Source of the DNA: Basidiobolus meristosporus CBS 931.73
Taxonomy: Eukaryota > Fungi > Basidiobolomycota
DNA length: 47,660 bases
Assembly: GCA_002104905.1 (NCBI GenBank)
Contig: MCFE01000670.1
Span: 1 to 47,660, forward strand
Reading direction: 5' to 3'
Below the pieces are notes generated by a model. It ran no database searches and had not been told where the DNA came from. It was given only the letters and a program-made list of their open reading frames with translations. Of the stretch, positions 13,161-26,800 are shown in pieces. The stretch's first letter is position 1, and the number at the start of each line of letters is the position of its first letter. The position numbers were made by a program, and so were the translations under genes.

Positions 13161-13966
13161 TCTTGGGTAGGGGAATGTGACGCAGAGAGCTAAGCTGCTC
13201 TTGGTGAGGTGGGTGATTGTTCAGTGGAATCAGGGAGATTCGACGATGGGGGAATTTTTTGCGCCAGACGGACGTGGCCATCCTATGTGAGAATCACTGA
13301 TGCGATGGGAGTAGCCGTCCAACGATCCCAGATCCGATTTTGCTTGGCGATGGACGCCACTGGGCCAATGGTGACATCGGAATCAATCCGGCTGGACTAG
13401 TATTGAGCCCGCGTACTCCAATCGGAGCTCCCTCTGGTGTCGTATGCTCAGTGAGGGCGAGTAGCGCGATGTGGAGCTGCTTGTAAGAAGGGTTCTGGTT
13501 TTTGTGGGAGAACGTGGTTTAGCCATCAAGTTAGGGACAACGCGGCGTCCATATCGGATGCGGAGCAGCAGCTACACTGGCGATGATGTGGCCATAACCC
13601 TGCTGGATACCTGTAGTGCGCAATACCATTGAATGCATTCTGGGACACAAAGAAGGGTGTAACAGGCAGGGGTGGCTGGCGGTTGCTGTCAGCAGACATC
13701 ACCGGGTCCGCCGTTACTGGTCTTCGGCCAAGATCTGCCAAAGCGAGCGCAAGCTCAGGGGGGGCGTGTGACGTTGAGCAACCCGGCCCAACCTTGCTTA
13801 CTATCACACCACCCCGCCACCCCTCTCACCTTGCACCAACTAAACCGGTACCTACACACCTACACCTACACCTACGCCTACGCCTATCGCACCCACATGC
13901 TTCTCAAAATTCCATCGAATGTCAACCAGGGAACCAGGGATTTTATTGGGTTTAGACGCAACGAAG

Positions 13967-14941
13967 CTAGGCTGAAGACTCAGGCCCCCAAGCTATCACC
14001 CTTCGCTTGTCGCTAAATATCTCGAAATCGTCGTACTGGAAAATCGGGGGATGCGACAGAAAGCCATAGTCGGCGCAGCAGGGGACGGACAAGCAATACT
14101 TCTCTTTCACCGTCAGCCGGTCCCAGAACTCCTGCAGCGGAGCATGACTGTGGACGCCCAGCACTATGTGGTAGTCGTACTTTCCCTCCGCCAGCTCCTC
14201 GCTGGGGATCTCGAAGTCCTGCGAGCAGGCTTGCACGCATATGAGTCTCTCGCTAATGTCGAGGCCCAGTTGTTGCGGCTTCACCGGCTTCATACGGGGA
14301 TCGATCGAGTAGATCTTCCAGATATCCGGGGTTTTCAGACAAAACACCCCCGCTGTGAAGGGGATCTTGCCGTCGCCAGGCACCCAAAGACACACCTTCT
14401 TCAGCCAGAAGTTGATCTGCAGCTGGGATTGGAGCTTCTGGAGTCCGATAAACACCCCGATGGTCTCGGTGATCTCCTTCGCGGTGATCTTGGTTTTGTG
14501 AAGGACCAGCTTCATCAGTGGCTGGTAACGGGTCTTCAGCAGCTTGTCGTGGAATATCAGCAGAAACTTCGTGATGTGGATACCGGTCGGGTACACGAAG
14601 GGCAGCTGCTCGTAAAACTCCTGCTTGTCTATGGCCCCCGCCTGAAGGGCGGTCTTTTTCTTGGCCTTCTTTGGATTGATGGGTACCAGCTCTTGGGCCC
14701 CCTCAACACCGGTGGGTTCCAGACTTGTCGCAGTCTCTACGGCCATTGGCTCCTCTGGATCTCTACGATCAGCGCACTGGCACTGCTCGAGCTTCCCCTC
14801 TAGCTCTTTCCTTAGCGTGCGCTCTCTAGCAAGCTCAGTCTTAAGATTGATGACATTGCGCTGGGTTTGGCGCAACAGGATTTCCAAGGTCTCTACTCTT
14901 CTCTCCAGCTGGGTCACTTCATCATTGGCCGTATTCAACAT
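13967..14941 (-). CDS. Intronless uncharacterised protein: N-terminal coiled coil plus SAM-dependent methyltransferase-like domain (324 aa)
   Basis: Long ORF with motifs WVPGDG, YSIDP, VHSHA, VPCC and YDDFEIFSDKRRV, which resemble an uncharacterised class I MTase-like family (recalled, not searched). Confidence 0.65.
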   Translation of the reverse strand: MLNTANDEVTQLERRVETLEILLRQTQRNVINLKTELARERTLRKELEGKLEQCQCADRRDPEEPMAVETATSLEPTGVEGAQELVPINPKKAKKKTALQAGAIDKQEFYEQLPFVYPTGIHITKFLLIFHDKLLKTRYQPLMKLVLHKTKITAKEITETIGVFIGLQKLQSQLQINFWLKKVCLWVPGDGKIPFTAGVFCLKTPDIWKIYSIDPRMKPVKPQQLGLDISERLICVQACSQDFEIPSEELAEGKYDYHIVLGVHSHAPLQEFWDRLTVKEKYCLSVPCCADYGFLSHPPIFQYDDFEIFSDKRRVIAWGPESSA

Positions 14942-15613
14942 GACAGTTTCTCTGGCACCCTGTGGTTCTCTGTGAGAAGTAGCGAGCCAACTTCTGGAGC
15001 GCGCTCACGCACCTGTAGATCTCAACGACCCAGTGCTGCTCAGATCTAGAGGAGGAGCAGACCTGATTTGATGGATACCGCTTGGATCCTCGATTTTTTT
15101 TCATCGATCTGGATCGGTGCGGAGAGTGAGCACACAGTCGGTCGAGTCAAACGAGATCGAAATCATCCGTCAACCAAGCACCAACCACGATCGGATTGAC
15201 GATCCCCATGGGCATGTGAACCGATCTGATGTTTTTAATAAACAAGCTGAGCTGCATCTTTATGGTGTTCAATGGAGACAGCATTCCATGAGAATATCCA
15301 TGCTAGCAGCAAAGGCCGTACGCAACACGAACCATTAAAGTGCGGTGTCGGTTGGACCTCATTCGACGCAGGCTCAAGTGCGTATTGCGACCTACGTTCC
15401 CACCAACTACGAACAGCAGGCATCCGTGACGCCACAAACTATGGGAGCTCTATCTACTTCCAACAAGATTCCAGAACCGAGCGCATACGCTGCCATAGCA
15501 TCCATCGGCCAACCATGAACATGCTCGGTGTCGGCAAGAGGACTAGACTGGACGTGGATTCCCAGTGCAAAAGAAAGGATTTTATTTCGTAATCGAGGCT
15601 TCTATAACGATGC

Positions 15614-15896
15614 TTAGCGAAGGCGTCTAGCTTCACGCTCGGACTCCATAAGCACCAAAATGTCGTTCTCGCGAACGGGACCCTTGACGTTACGGATGAT
15701 GGAACGGGAGGTATCGTCCATGAACTCAACTCGGACCTGGGTGACTCCACCACGGGAGCCTGTGCGACCGAGAACCTTGATGACCTTGGCGTGCTTGACG
15801 GGGGCTTGTTTTTCCTGTTCAAGTGGTGGTTAGTACGGGGCCCTTGACGCCGAACGCGAATGGATGGATGGACAGAAGGTTAGATGAACGTACCAT
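15614..15896 (-). CDS. RPS28: 40S ribosomal protein eS28, 67 aa (ATG-only first exon 15896-15894; exon 2 15814-15614)
   Basis: [67 protein letters not shown]. 79-nt intron GTACGT...TACTAAC...CAG. Confidence 0.97.
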
Positions 15897-16384
15897 TTGT
15901 GATCAAAGGCGGCAGCAAGAAAAGGGGGGGGAACTCCTAGGAATCCTTAACTAATTTATTCCCAATAGCACCGATTTCAATCCAGGCATCCATATATAGG
16001 CTGGCCCACCCAATTTGTCCATCGAATTGGTCAAGATCATGGATTTCTTTATTTCGCCTGAAGCCTCTCGATCGATTCGTGATTAGGTGGAGGGGTTGCC
16101 AGGTCTGCTGGTGACCGTCTACTTCCGACGCTGCTGGCACGGTGACCAGGGGGACTCAAAGGAACGGAAGATAATGAAGGAAAGCGACCATTGTCCGAGT
16201 AAACCCTCGGATAAAGAAGTTATGTACATCAACTGCCAGGATACGCTGGGGTATGTCGCAGGCCGGAGAGTTGCAAGGCAATAGGGCGGCGACCAGATGA
16301 CCGACGTGGGGATTAACTATATTACAGGAATGGAAGAGACGGCGAGCAGATGCACTGGCCCTCGCCATCCCGGGCTGGGGAGGC

Positions 16385-18180
16385 TCAATTTCTCATGGCA
16401 GACACGCCCAGCAGACTCCAGGCTTTCTTGATGTCGGCCGATGTCAAGACAGAGGTGTACGGTCTGTTGAGCACGGAGAAGAACATGGACACCACATCCT
16501 GAGTGGAGGAAACTTGCTCGGCCTCCTCCCCAGGCAGGACACCCACTCCGATGCTCAGCTTGATGTTGAATTTCGCGATCTGCCGGCGAAGCTGCTCTTC
16601 GGATAGTTCGGTGTGCGCCCCCTCCTCGAACAGGGTTTTGATGGTTTGCTCCCTGACGTCAGCAGCTTTCGCCAGATCAGTGTACATCCCCGACCCCAAG
16701 CGAGGCCCTCTGGACGACGCGTTCTCCAGTCGGTACCTGCGAATATCGGCCGAAAGGTCTGGCATGGGAGTGCCCCAGCCCGGAAGGCGGACCACCTAGA
16801 GGTGGGCAGTACGGTGAGCGGTATGCAGTGCGGATCGGTGCGAAGGATACTTACCATTGCTGTGATGTTGTCGGCGGAGCCGAATTGCTCAGCGTAGGAT
16901 ACGATGCGCATTGCCGCCGTGGTAGGGTCCGGGCATGTTTTGACCTGGGATTCGGTTAGACAGGTGATGGCATGGGTGGCTATGGTCTAACTGGACTTAC
17001 CGAATCCACAATCTCTTGATCGGTCATGACCGAGGTCACCCCGTCGGTGACCAGGACCATGAAGGCAACCTCCTCCCCAGCGACCTTCCGCACGATGATA
17101 TCCGGCTCGGCGATGACTCCGTACCGCTTCCCAATAGGGTCGCCGAAGGCTCGGGTATTGGCGAATTGGCCAACGGTCATCTCCTCGCCGAAAGAATCTC
17201 TGGTAAAGAAGCCGCCGTACTTGCGGATGCGGTCGAACTCCTTCTTGATGCTTGGGTGGTGGTCGGTGGTCAGAGTGTCCGCCTTCCCATTCCGAGTGTT
17301 GCAGAGGATCACCCTAGAAAACGACGGGGATCAGTTACCGAAGCGGCCGTGCAAAGCACCATGCCCACCGAAATTCGTTACCTGGTATCTCCGACGTGAG
17401 ACACGGTGATGTTAAGCCTGGGGGAGGCCCAGAATGGGTTTCCGTTCATGGGTTCAACGAGCGCCACGGAGCCGGTGGAGCCGTCGTGGTAGCGTAGGAT
17501 CTTGGTGACCTCCAGGTCAATCTGCAGAAAGGCCAGCACCATGCGCTGCTCCAATGAGAGCTTCCTCTCGTGTGTGGCACCGTAGGTGGAGAATTTCTTT
17601 TGGTAAAGCAGAGGGCCGATGTACGCCGGGACGTACTTCGACCAACGGATACCAAACTTCCTGTAGGCATCCACGATAAGTTCGGCGTCCTCGGGGGTCA
17701 TGCCTTCGAGCTTCTCATGAAGATGGGCCGAGAGATAATCGACACAATGGGAGCCTCCGTGGCTACAAAACAAAGGGACAGGTAAACAAAGGGATGAAGG
17801 AGCTGAGGGAGGTTTAATTCTGTAGCTCACCCATCGAATACTCCAAAATACAAGAGTTGGTTAGGGAGGTGGTCGAGCTTCACAGTGGAGCTCTTATATC
17901 TGTCCTCATTGTAGTCTCTCATCCCTCTGGTAGACCGTATGCCCACCAGATTGGGCGAGTTCTTCAGGTTGACACGAAACGTATGACTCTGCGGGGTACG
18001 GACAACATAATAGTTTCGACCTAGTTTGGGCTTTTGCTTCGCCTCGGCTGCCCCGTTCGGTGCGGTGGAGATGGAGCTATATCGTAGGGAGCTGCCTTGA
18101 AAACAGCGTGGTCTGAAGGCAACTTTGGATCTTTTTAGCTGAAAGGTGGCTCTGGGTAATCGAAGGAGTGCAGAATTCAT
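16385..18180 (-). CDS. PP2C/PPM protein phosphatase, mitochondrial Ptc6-like, ~514 aa, 5 exons (18180-17831, 17762-17382, 17313-17001, 16944-16855, 16795-16385)
   Basis: PP2C motifs RDYNEDR, FGVFDGHGG, SHVGDTR, NTRAFGD, LVTDGV and GSADNIT assemble in frame across four GT-AG introns of 56-68 nt. The Arg/Ser-rich N-terminus resembles a mitochondrial transit peptide. The 3' end of the last exon is less certain. Confidence 0.9.
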
Positions 18181-19013
18181 CTCACTGGGGTATGGAAAGA
18201 AGGATATTATTTAAAGCAGAATGTGTCTTGGGTGAGGCTCGCTTGTTTCAACGGAGTTTATCCTTGGACTATCCCAATGATCCGATGATAGTGTAGGTAG
18301 GTGTATGCTGTGATTGGGCTGACATCCCTCCCAAAAGCTATTTGGCACTAGAGTTGGGGTGGCATGCACATGTTTCCAATTTCGACATTTGGTGGAATTG
18401 AAATATGTCTCTTTGCAGGTTGCAGCGCAATCCATGGAAATCCCATCGTAAATCCCATCATTTCAGGAGAAGTCGGACTGCTCTCCTCCAATTGCGCAGC
18501 CAATGGCCGCATTGGGGGCGCAATGTCAATTAATATTAAACCAGCTATCTAGTCTGTTGTTAGCAATATACAACCACGACAACATGTTACCTGCTGGGAA
18601 CCCGTAAGCCATGGAATTCCACGGGCCAAACATCCCTATTGCTCCCTCAATGAAAAATGCCACTACTGATAGAGATGCAGACGACACCAACAAATTGCTC
18701 GAGCTTTCATATCTTCCGAGTGCCCGATCTGCTCTGGAGCAGCTGGCCATCTAAGCTCTGGAGCAGCTCGTGGCCAATTGGACAGCCGCACGAATCCACT
18801 AGACATCTTGGATATAACAGTGTGCCATCTCTGGGATTGATTCTGAAGAAAGTAACTTTATATTGGGGGGAGGGTGTGATGATTTCAGGAGGTTGAGGTT
18901 ACAAAAGAGCACCGAATACGTGGAGAATCGAGGGGACGGGGGATTGGGCCATGCCCAAGGTTGGTATAAAGGATCCCGCATCAATAGTTAACATGCATTT
19001 GAAACGATACGAG

Positions 19014-22000
19014 TTATTTTCTCTTGAAAGTGCTGAGATCAAGTCTTTTCTTTGTTGAGCCAGACAGAGAATTGGCCATCTCGCTTGAGCCAGGTGAGTT
19101 GCGTTCGCTGAAGGTGAACTTCAATAGGATCTTGCCTTTCGTAGCCTTCTGAAGGTCGACCCACACGCCTTCGGCTGGCTGGCTGTTGGTCAGATCAATG
19201 TGATCCCATATGTTGGTCTCATATTCGCCTAGGTCTACGTCTTGAAGCATGTTGTGATCGCGAACCAGGAAATTCAGTCGAACCGGAGAGCCATCAACGG
19301 GAATCGTGAAGCTTTCCTGCCACTTGGGCTCAAGTGTCTTCTTGATTATCTTGGTCTTGTAGACGGCCTTCCGGCCCCACCGGACTCGAACGTAGGGATC
19401 GCTGAGTCCATTACTGTCAACAGCAGGCAACTCCTTACCCTGAAGGATATCGACGGTTAAGAAGCCTGGCTCACCACACTTCTCATCGCTATATTGATCT
19501 AGAGCACTGCTGTCCCCGGATATCACACTCACGTCGTCCAGGTTCGAGATGGACAGCCTAGTGTTTGCCATGTCGATGCCTGGTGACTGGGGAACGCTAA
19601 GTTCTGACTGCGACTCATGTGGTCCCGAACGATCGTCAGCCATATCTTCCTGCATGCTTGGGCTGTTGGTCAGGCTTTCATTGATGCTGGGCGCGTCTTG
19701 TTCAGGAATTGGGCTTTGCGTCTCGGGGGTAGTGATACTGGCCTGTGGACTCGGTGGCGCATCTGGTGAGCCCGGCATGTTGGGCATGTTGGGCATATTT
19801 GTGCTGGCGCTTGTGCTGCTGCTAATGCTACTCCTGGTTGAATACGCCTCTAATGGCATATTGGAGTTCGCCGCAGGGGCAGCGATACTGCCCCGGTCCG
19901 ATGACTTTTTCTTCAGACCAAAAAGCCCGCCCACACCCTTCCCAACCCCTTTGCCAATCCCACCAATAGTTCCCCCGACAACCTTGGTGGCGCCACCCAC
20001 ACCTTTCCCAATAGCGTTCTTGGTGACTTCTTGGAAGGTCTGTTTACGATCGGTGGCCATACGCCCCACATGCTCGGGCTTAAACATCAACTTGAGACTG
20101 AGCGTGCCAGAGCCATCGCTGAGTGGGTAGTCTCCTTGAATCCAGGTTAGCGGCTCGAGATCCTTGGTATTGATCTGAAGATAGCCTAGGCGCTCGTATG
20201 ATTGGACTTGATTCCAGTCAAACACCTCGAAGATCAAAGAGTCTATGTTACGGGCGTGCACTGGGGCAGTAAACTCCTCCCCAAACACCGGGGAGAGCGT
20301 TTTCTTGATGACCTTCGTCTTGTGCACCTTATCTTTGTTTAGCTTGACCAACACAAATGGGTCGCTGGTTCCCGAGGAATCGGCCGCCCTCAATCCCTGG
20401 GCCTTCAGAATCCTCACCGTCACCAATCCTTTGTTGATCCAGCTCTGCGACTCGTCGATTTGGATCTCGACTGGGTAGAATTGGAACTTGAGGAGCAGCT
20501 TTCCGTCGGTGTTCTCGAATTCGTACCAAAAGCCTTCGTCTGGGCTGTGGTTGGGGTCCGACATTTGCGCCAATATGGTGGACAGCTCGATGGTCTTCCG
20601 TGCGACTATGCTCCTGTCGTCATCCATCTCGCGAAGGTACACCGAGATCCTGGCGAATTGAGATTCCTGAATGAATACCTCGCACTCCTCGTCAAAGTTT
20701 GGATTCTGCGCCCTTTTCTTGGTTTTGGTCCGATGGACGACACTGTACTCGTTGTTGTTGAGGAGCACCTCCGCGTACACCGAGTCTAAAGGCTGTCTCA
20801 TTCCTGTCGTATGGCACACAAGGACCGAGAGCAAGCCGGTGGAGTAGCGGGTGTAATCGACCGATGCGGCCTGGCCTGTGGCTTCAGTTAGAGAGTCCTG
20901 GGCCCCGCCGAGCTCGGACGGCGACTCGGAGACCTTGCGACGAGGCACCAGTTCGTTGATGGGATTGAAGCTAGCCTTCAGGTGGATCTGCCCCTTTTCC
21001 TTGCCTTCGAGGTTCAGCTTGAGCCTTAGATCCTGGGGGGAGCCGGGTCCCCACTGGTGCTCGCGGATCTGCTCCCCTAGCAACTGGCTGACTGGGATCG
21101 ATGTGGAGCCAAGAAGTCGATCTTTCCCCACCTTATCAAAGTCGTATACGTCAAGATAGATGATCTCCCGCGCGCTTCTGATCCCAACATAGTGCGTCTC
21201 GTTCCATATGGGGTTCAGGTTGTTGTCGATCACCTCGGTCTTGGAGATTGGCTTCCCGGAGATGGATACAACAACATATGGATCGGATTTGCCGATCTTC
21301 TCGACGTTCTTGAGATTCTGGGCTCCAACAAGATCCAGTCTTACCACACCTTTGGGTGGAGCAAGATGCCCGGGGGGGATGATGTTGTCCTTCATTTCGA
21401 TGGGTTTCCAGACAAAGGACAGCCGCACTTTGCCCGTGGCATGGCCGTTAAGAGTGAACCATTGGTTTTGCTCTGCCATTCGCTGTAACGCCTCATCCAA
21501 GCTAATGGTAAAGCTTCCTAACACCGGGTCAACAGCAAGGCCGCGTTCATCCATGACCTCAAAGGTAAAGGTGGCCTTCGACTTGTCGCTGATGAAAAGC
21601 TCCACCGGATCCTCCCAAGCAGGATTGGCCTTCCTCTTCAGGATCTTGGTGGTGAGGATCTTGGTCCCCTTGAGCTTCACGACGCTGTAGGGATTGAGTC
21701 TGGTATTGGCCCGGTTGTCAAGGTCCTTGGCTTGATGAACAAAGATCTTGAGGATTCCGTGGTTGGACTCGATTTGTGTTGTCGTGCCGTCCTCCTCGAC
21801 AATCGGCTCCACCACAGGATAGTAGGTGATGTCAAAGCAGACCTCTCCACGCTCCTTCCCGCCCTCTCTAATGACCTTGGCAATCACATTATCCTGCACG
21901 GGCTCATCCAGCAACGATACCAAATTGAAGGTTGCTGTGCCCAAGCTTCGGTCCTTCTTGATCTCCTCCTTGTCGAAAATCTCGAGAGTGAGGGTTTCGC

Positions 22001-23845
22001 TGAGGTTGTGCGCCAGAACGAAGAACGTCTCATCCCAGTTTGGATTCAGGGTGTTCTCCTTGACCGTCGTACGACCAAGCTCGGCTCTGTTGCCGATATG
22101 GAGTCTCACGTAGGGATCCGAGAGTCCGAGGACCTCGACGTTTTTCAGGTTTCGAGCGTGACGAATATGGATTCTCAAGATACCGATTGCTGCTTCGGTG
22201 TCGATGCCACTGATGATCTGCTCCAGGTCCAAGGTGAACACATTGGGGCTGTACATCATAGGACCAAGGACGGCGTGGATTTGCTCTCTGATGAAGGAAG
22301 AAAGCCCCGGGATATGGGCAATGTCGAAGCCAAACGTCTCACCTCCAATCGGCTTCAGGACATAGTCAATGCTCGGGATCTCCACAAACGAAAGGTCGAC
22401 CGCTTGCATGTGGGGGAAGTTACTGCCGAGCTTCAATTTGATTCTCATGCGGCCACTGAATGCAATGTTCTCCACAAGAATAGGCATCCCGGCACCAACA
22501 AAGCCTTTGCCCACTCGCACTTCCAGAACAACCTTTGGGTTGGTTTTGTTTTTCAACTGGCGGGGTGTAATGTCTTCATGGTTGTCGGTAAAGGACACGT
22601 CCCACTCCATTTCCTTGGTGGAAGACAGTTAGTTCTTTGCCCCTGGTGCGTGTATTACCTATGCGCACTCACCACAGCATCGGCCTCATCGCTCACAAAG
22701 CTTTTGACAGACTCCACTCTTGGCGCCGTGGTTCCCAGAGTGAACTCTGACAGTCGGAGGGAGTCCAGGAATCCTGGGGCAGAGGCAGCCAGAATACCGT
22801 CGGCAATCCCAACTATAGTGGCGGATAATACCGGCTCATAAATTAACCAAAATTTACTCAGGAAGGTGTTCAGCCACTCGGTGGACTCCGCATCTTTGAT
22901 AACCTATGAACAGCAAGGGATAAGTTGTCAGGCATCACGAAACATTCTACACCTCAGTTGGCTCACCTTGTCGATGGCTAGCTGGCGGTTGATGTCGTCT
23001 CTCACGTTTCTGCGAAATCTCTTTACTGAGTTGACGTAGTATTGAGCTGCACAGACAAAATCATTAGTGGCGTTTTCGCAGGAAGTATACATCCATCCCT
23101 TACCCACAAAGAAAAGAACAATCACACACCACCCGAAGCCAAAGCCGAAACTGACAAGGGTGTAGGTTGACAGTACAATAGTAACCAGGCATAGTGCGTT
23201 GCGCCACTCTTGCTCAGCATGGGACTCTAATGACTTCTCGCTACATTCCTTCCAACCAATAATTGCTGGGGGTAGAGAGGAGAGGACGGAGTTGACTGAT
23301 CTATTGGTTATTGTGGTAGATGAACGTTTGAGTGACTGAGAAGGCGCCTCGCTGGTCCCCAGATCCACGTCGCTGATTAAACCCTCTGCAGCGCCAGTGA
23401 GCAAAGGATTGTTAGATATAACCGTACCGGCGGCTATTATGGCTTTCTTGGCTTTTTCCTCGGGAGAATCATCTGGATTGAAAGAGTGGATAGGAGTATT
23501 GGACTCGGATAACTCTTGGCTTAGTAATTTCTCGACAGCTTCCTGAGAAGCTGGAGCACTCTCAGAGGAGGCTACAAACGTCGATCGAGATGCTTTACTC
23601 AAGTCCTCCTGGCTGCCTGCATTGACTGTCCCCGGCATATTGGGTACATTTGCTGGTCTCTCCAAGTTGCTTGCAGGCGGCTCCTTAGCACCAGCAGCCA
23701 CCTGTGGAACGTTGCTGCTCGCTTCGTCCTGTGGGATGGCAGGAATGTCAAGGGGCTCGGCGGTTTTCGGTTCGTTAGGAACATTACCAGCACTCCCTGT
23801 GTGCTCTACACTAGAGGTGCTTGGCATATCGGGAATATTCGACAT
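19014..23845 (-). CDS. Tricalbin / extended synaptotagmin (TM hairpin, SMP, six C2 domains), ~1550 aa, 4 exons (23845-23104, 23046-22967, 22903-22673, 22613-19014)
   Basis: Hydrophobic hairpin (LCLVTIVLSTYTLVSFGFGFGWCVIVLFFV), SMP start ESTEWLNTFLSKFW and repeated C2 motifs (SDPYV, NPxWxE). Introns of 57, 63 and 59 nt keep the frame. Confidence 0.95.
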
Positions 23846-26800
23846 ACTAAGTAGATATGAAGACAAAGTGCACAGCTAGAACTTCGAATGCTAGCGTCAT
23901 GTTTAGCATGAATATTATAGAATTTACTCGGATGATTAGCGGAGATTGGGTGATTCTAATCTCATTGGCCAGGAAAGAGCTTCGAAATCTGGATATTATA
24001 CAAATCAATGTTGTACGTGGATATCCAGTACCGACAGCTATCCTATGAACATGAGCATCCGGTTGGCCAATGGGAGAGGGGACACACAAACTATGCTTGC
24101 TGCAGACTTCAATCTCGACAACCTTGCAGAAAACACACACTCCGCTGTGGCTTCAAAATGGAACCAAACACTCTTTACTCTAGATCTTTGAGGTCGTCGA
24201 TGACCGCCTGCCGTTGGTAGTGAGGCTGGTGCTATCGAATTGTGGGCCATTGGCCGTCTAATTCAGCTTTACCTTGACCATTGGAATATATCAAAATCAA
24301 CGATGGAATCTTCGATGCATGAACGTTGATTGCATTCACTATGGAATTGGGGTATTCCTGGTCGAACCGATTCAGAATAAAATGCATATGTGGTATGCAT
24401 GTCACCTAACGCGACGACTGATGTAGCACTGTACTATATAGCGCACTTTGCTCTCTAGTTTGCTCAGACTGGCGGTAAACATTAGGATTAGCATTTGCTT
24501 ACCTTCACGCCAGTTGGGTTGGTCATCAATGGGGCTACGAAAACTTTACTAAGCTTTGGTAGCTCCGTTGAACTTTGATAGGGTCAGCGCCACTAATTTG
24601 AATAATGCCACTAATGATAGTGAGGAAGCGAAAGACAGTGCTAAGCGCTGCCGATCTCGAAGGAACCTTGAGAGAAGAGTATTGCGACGCTTAATGCGTA
24701 GCATCTGTGTTGCCAAGTGGCCATTTTGGTATAATTTGATGACCAGTCCCCACGGGTGGCTAAGCTAGGCGCCATCGAATGGATTGATTCAACCGGCATT
24801 TCTGATGGCGGTGCTTATCTACAAACCCGTGTTTCATCACATATAGTGTATCGAGCTTGATTTGCAATTAATTTAGCACCATGTTTCAAGATATCCATTG
24901 GCAGTACAGTGCCTAGAACTTTCCCCCTCATGTAATGTGAATCGTTTCAGCAGGAATGATCACCAGGTACGTTGCAATGGATCTAGATACCAGAGGGGTG
25001 CCCCTTCCCGATTATTCCCAAAGTTTTGCCCTCCCTAACTTGGTCAGGTTCATGCTGGATGGATTTTCGCTTGCCATTTCGACTCCAGCTGACGCAAGAT
25101 AGTGGCTTCTGTAAATGACGCGCAACTCCAGGGTTGACAGAAAGGTTGGCTTCAACCAACCGATTTCCAGTTTGGCGACAGCAAAAACGAAGAACATTGT
25201 TTGAAAGTAGGCCGAAAGTAACTAAGGCCAGGGACATGAAGTATTATTTCCCAGATGTTTGCAGCAGTCCCGAGTAGCGTTCTAACGGTGTCACGTCACT
25301 TACTTGCATCCTATAGTTCAAAGTGCACCCATCTGTCCACCAAACGATGCATCTACTGAAGCGTTTGGTTTAGCTGGCTGTTTAACAATGAGGCACTTAG
25401 CTATCTTCCCTTAAATTGCATCAATTCATAACTACCGTACCAGTTCATATGGTTATCTTCGAAAATGGTCGCAGCGCACTCGGTTAACACAGCTTTGACC
25501 AAAACGTGCAACTGACGCTTTATTTGCGAGCACTGCAAAGCTATGAAGACACTGGCCATATATATACATCACTTTCGTAGGGTGGTTCTTACACATCTAT
25601 TGATTAATACTGTTGTTGATTGCGGGCTTTTGCATGCATAATTGACTGTAACATCGCTGAATGTACTAGTGCATCTTCGCCACAACCGTCGTGTTGCACA
25701 GGTGCATGCTAGCCATCTGCTACACAGAGAGCATGCATTAGCAACATATACAGTAAGGAGAATTTTGATGTTGATAATCCTACACTTTTGGGTAAGTGGC
25801 AAGCCATCCCACAAATAGCGCAAGATGGGCATACCAATAATGGAGCTAGAACCCATAGTTGGTGGATAGTCAGGCGCTTAACCATTTATTCACGACGAAA
25901 TACTCACGTATATAATACTGCATTTTGTGTACCACCTATGTGTTCATACACTAAGGTTATAGGCTGCTTTAGTTTGTAGACTGGGTACCAGATATATGCG
26001 GACAATGGGCATGGGAATACTCGGGAAAGTATCGGATAGTGTCTGCTCAATATACCTTGCACAAAGAAAGCTTAACAACTATCTAAGCGTATTAGTAAGA
26101 GTTCAACCAAGCTCAAAGTCAAAAGAAGCGTTAGGCGCCATGGCAATTCTTCGCAACTTACTGGGTGCCAGCGATGGTTAGTGAGCGTCTAGAAGACCAA
26201 CATTTATAATGATCTTTGATGCTGCATCAACCCACCATGTGAATGAACTAGCAGATAGGATACTAGGTTGACTATTCCACTACGGAGCAAGAGCAGTGTA
26301 TCATTTCTACACAAGTGAAACTGGGGAACATTTATTCCAAATGACGTGAGATGGTGAATTTCGAACACGAGTGATCCAAGGGCAGAGGGAATAGGCACTG
26401 ATTTGAGTCACATACATATTCGGTTTTGATGGCCGTTTCTAGCTTTGTATCCATGAATGAGCATTGTACTGTTTTGCTTGGAAGTAATCTCAGAGTAAAT
26501 TGAATGCCCCCAAAGTACGCATAATCATATGCAGACGATTTAATGGTCATTGTATGTAAGCACAAATTGAACATATGGAGCACGCTCAGCTATCTTGATG
26601 CGCTCGGGAACTCTTGATGGCCCAGAAAGCTTCCATCCAGTAGAGGCTTCAGCTAACGGAACCATCAATGATGAGACTCCCGCCAGTGGCATCCAGCAAT
26701 CATCAGTGCGTGATATGTACATTAAACGTAATTGCAGTCCTAGGTTATAACTAAGACGTGAGGAACAGTGATCCATACTAGGCCAGTATTTATGGGAGAG

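Noticed and set aside
13850-13887. (CCTACA/CCTACG)n hexamer run as a telomeric seed
   Set aside because: Not CCCTAA, no associated element; likely an ordinary microsatellite.
14051-14803. 250-aa plus-strand ORF
   Set aside because: Antisense shadow of the motif-bearing minus-strand CDS in GC-rich sequence.
15454-15822. 122-aa ORF
   Set aside because: Wrong frame; the real product is spliced RPS28.
21732-22841. 369-aa plus-strand ORF and other ORFs overlapping tricalbin
   Set aside because: Antisense shadows of a clearly identified gene.
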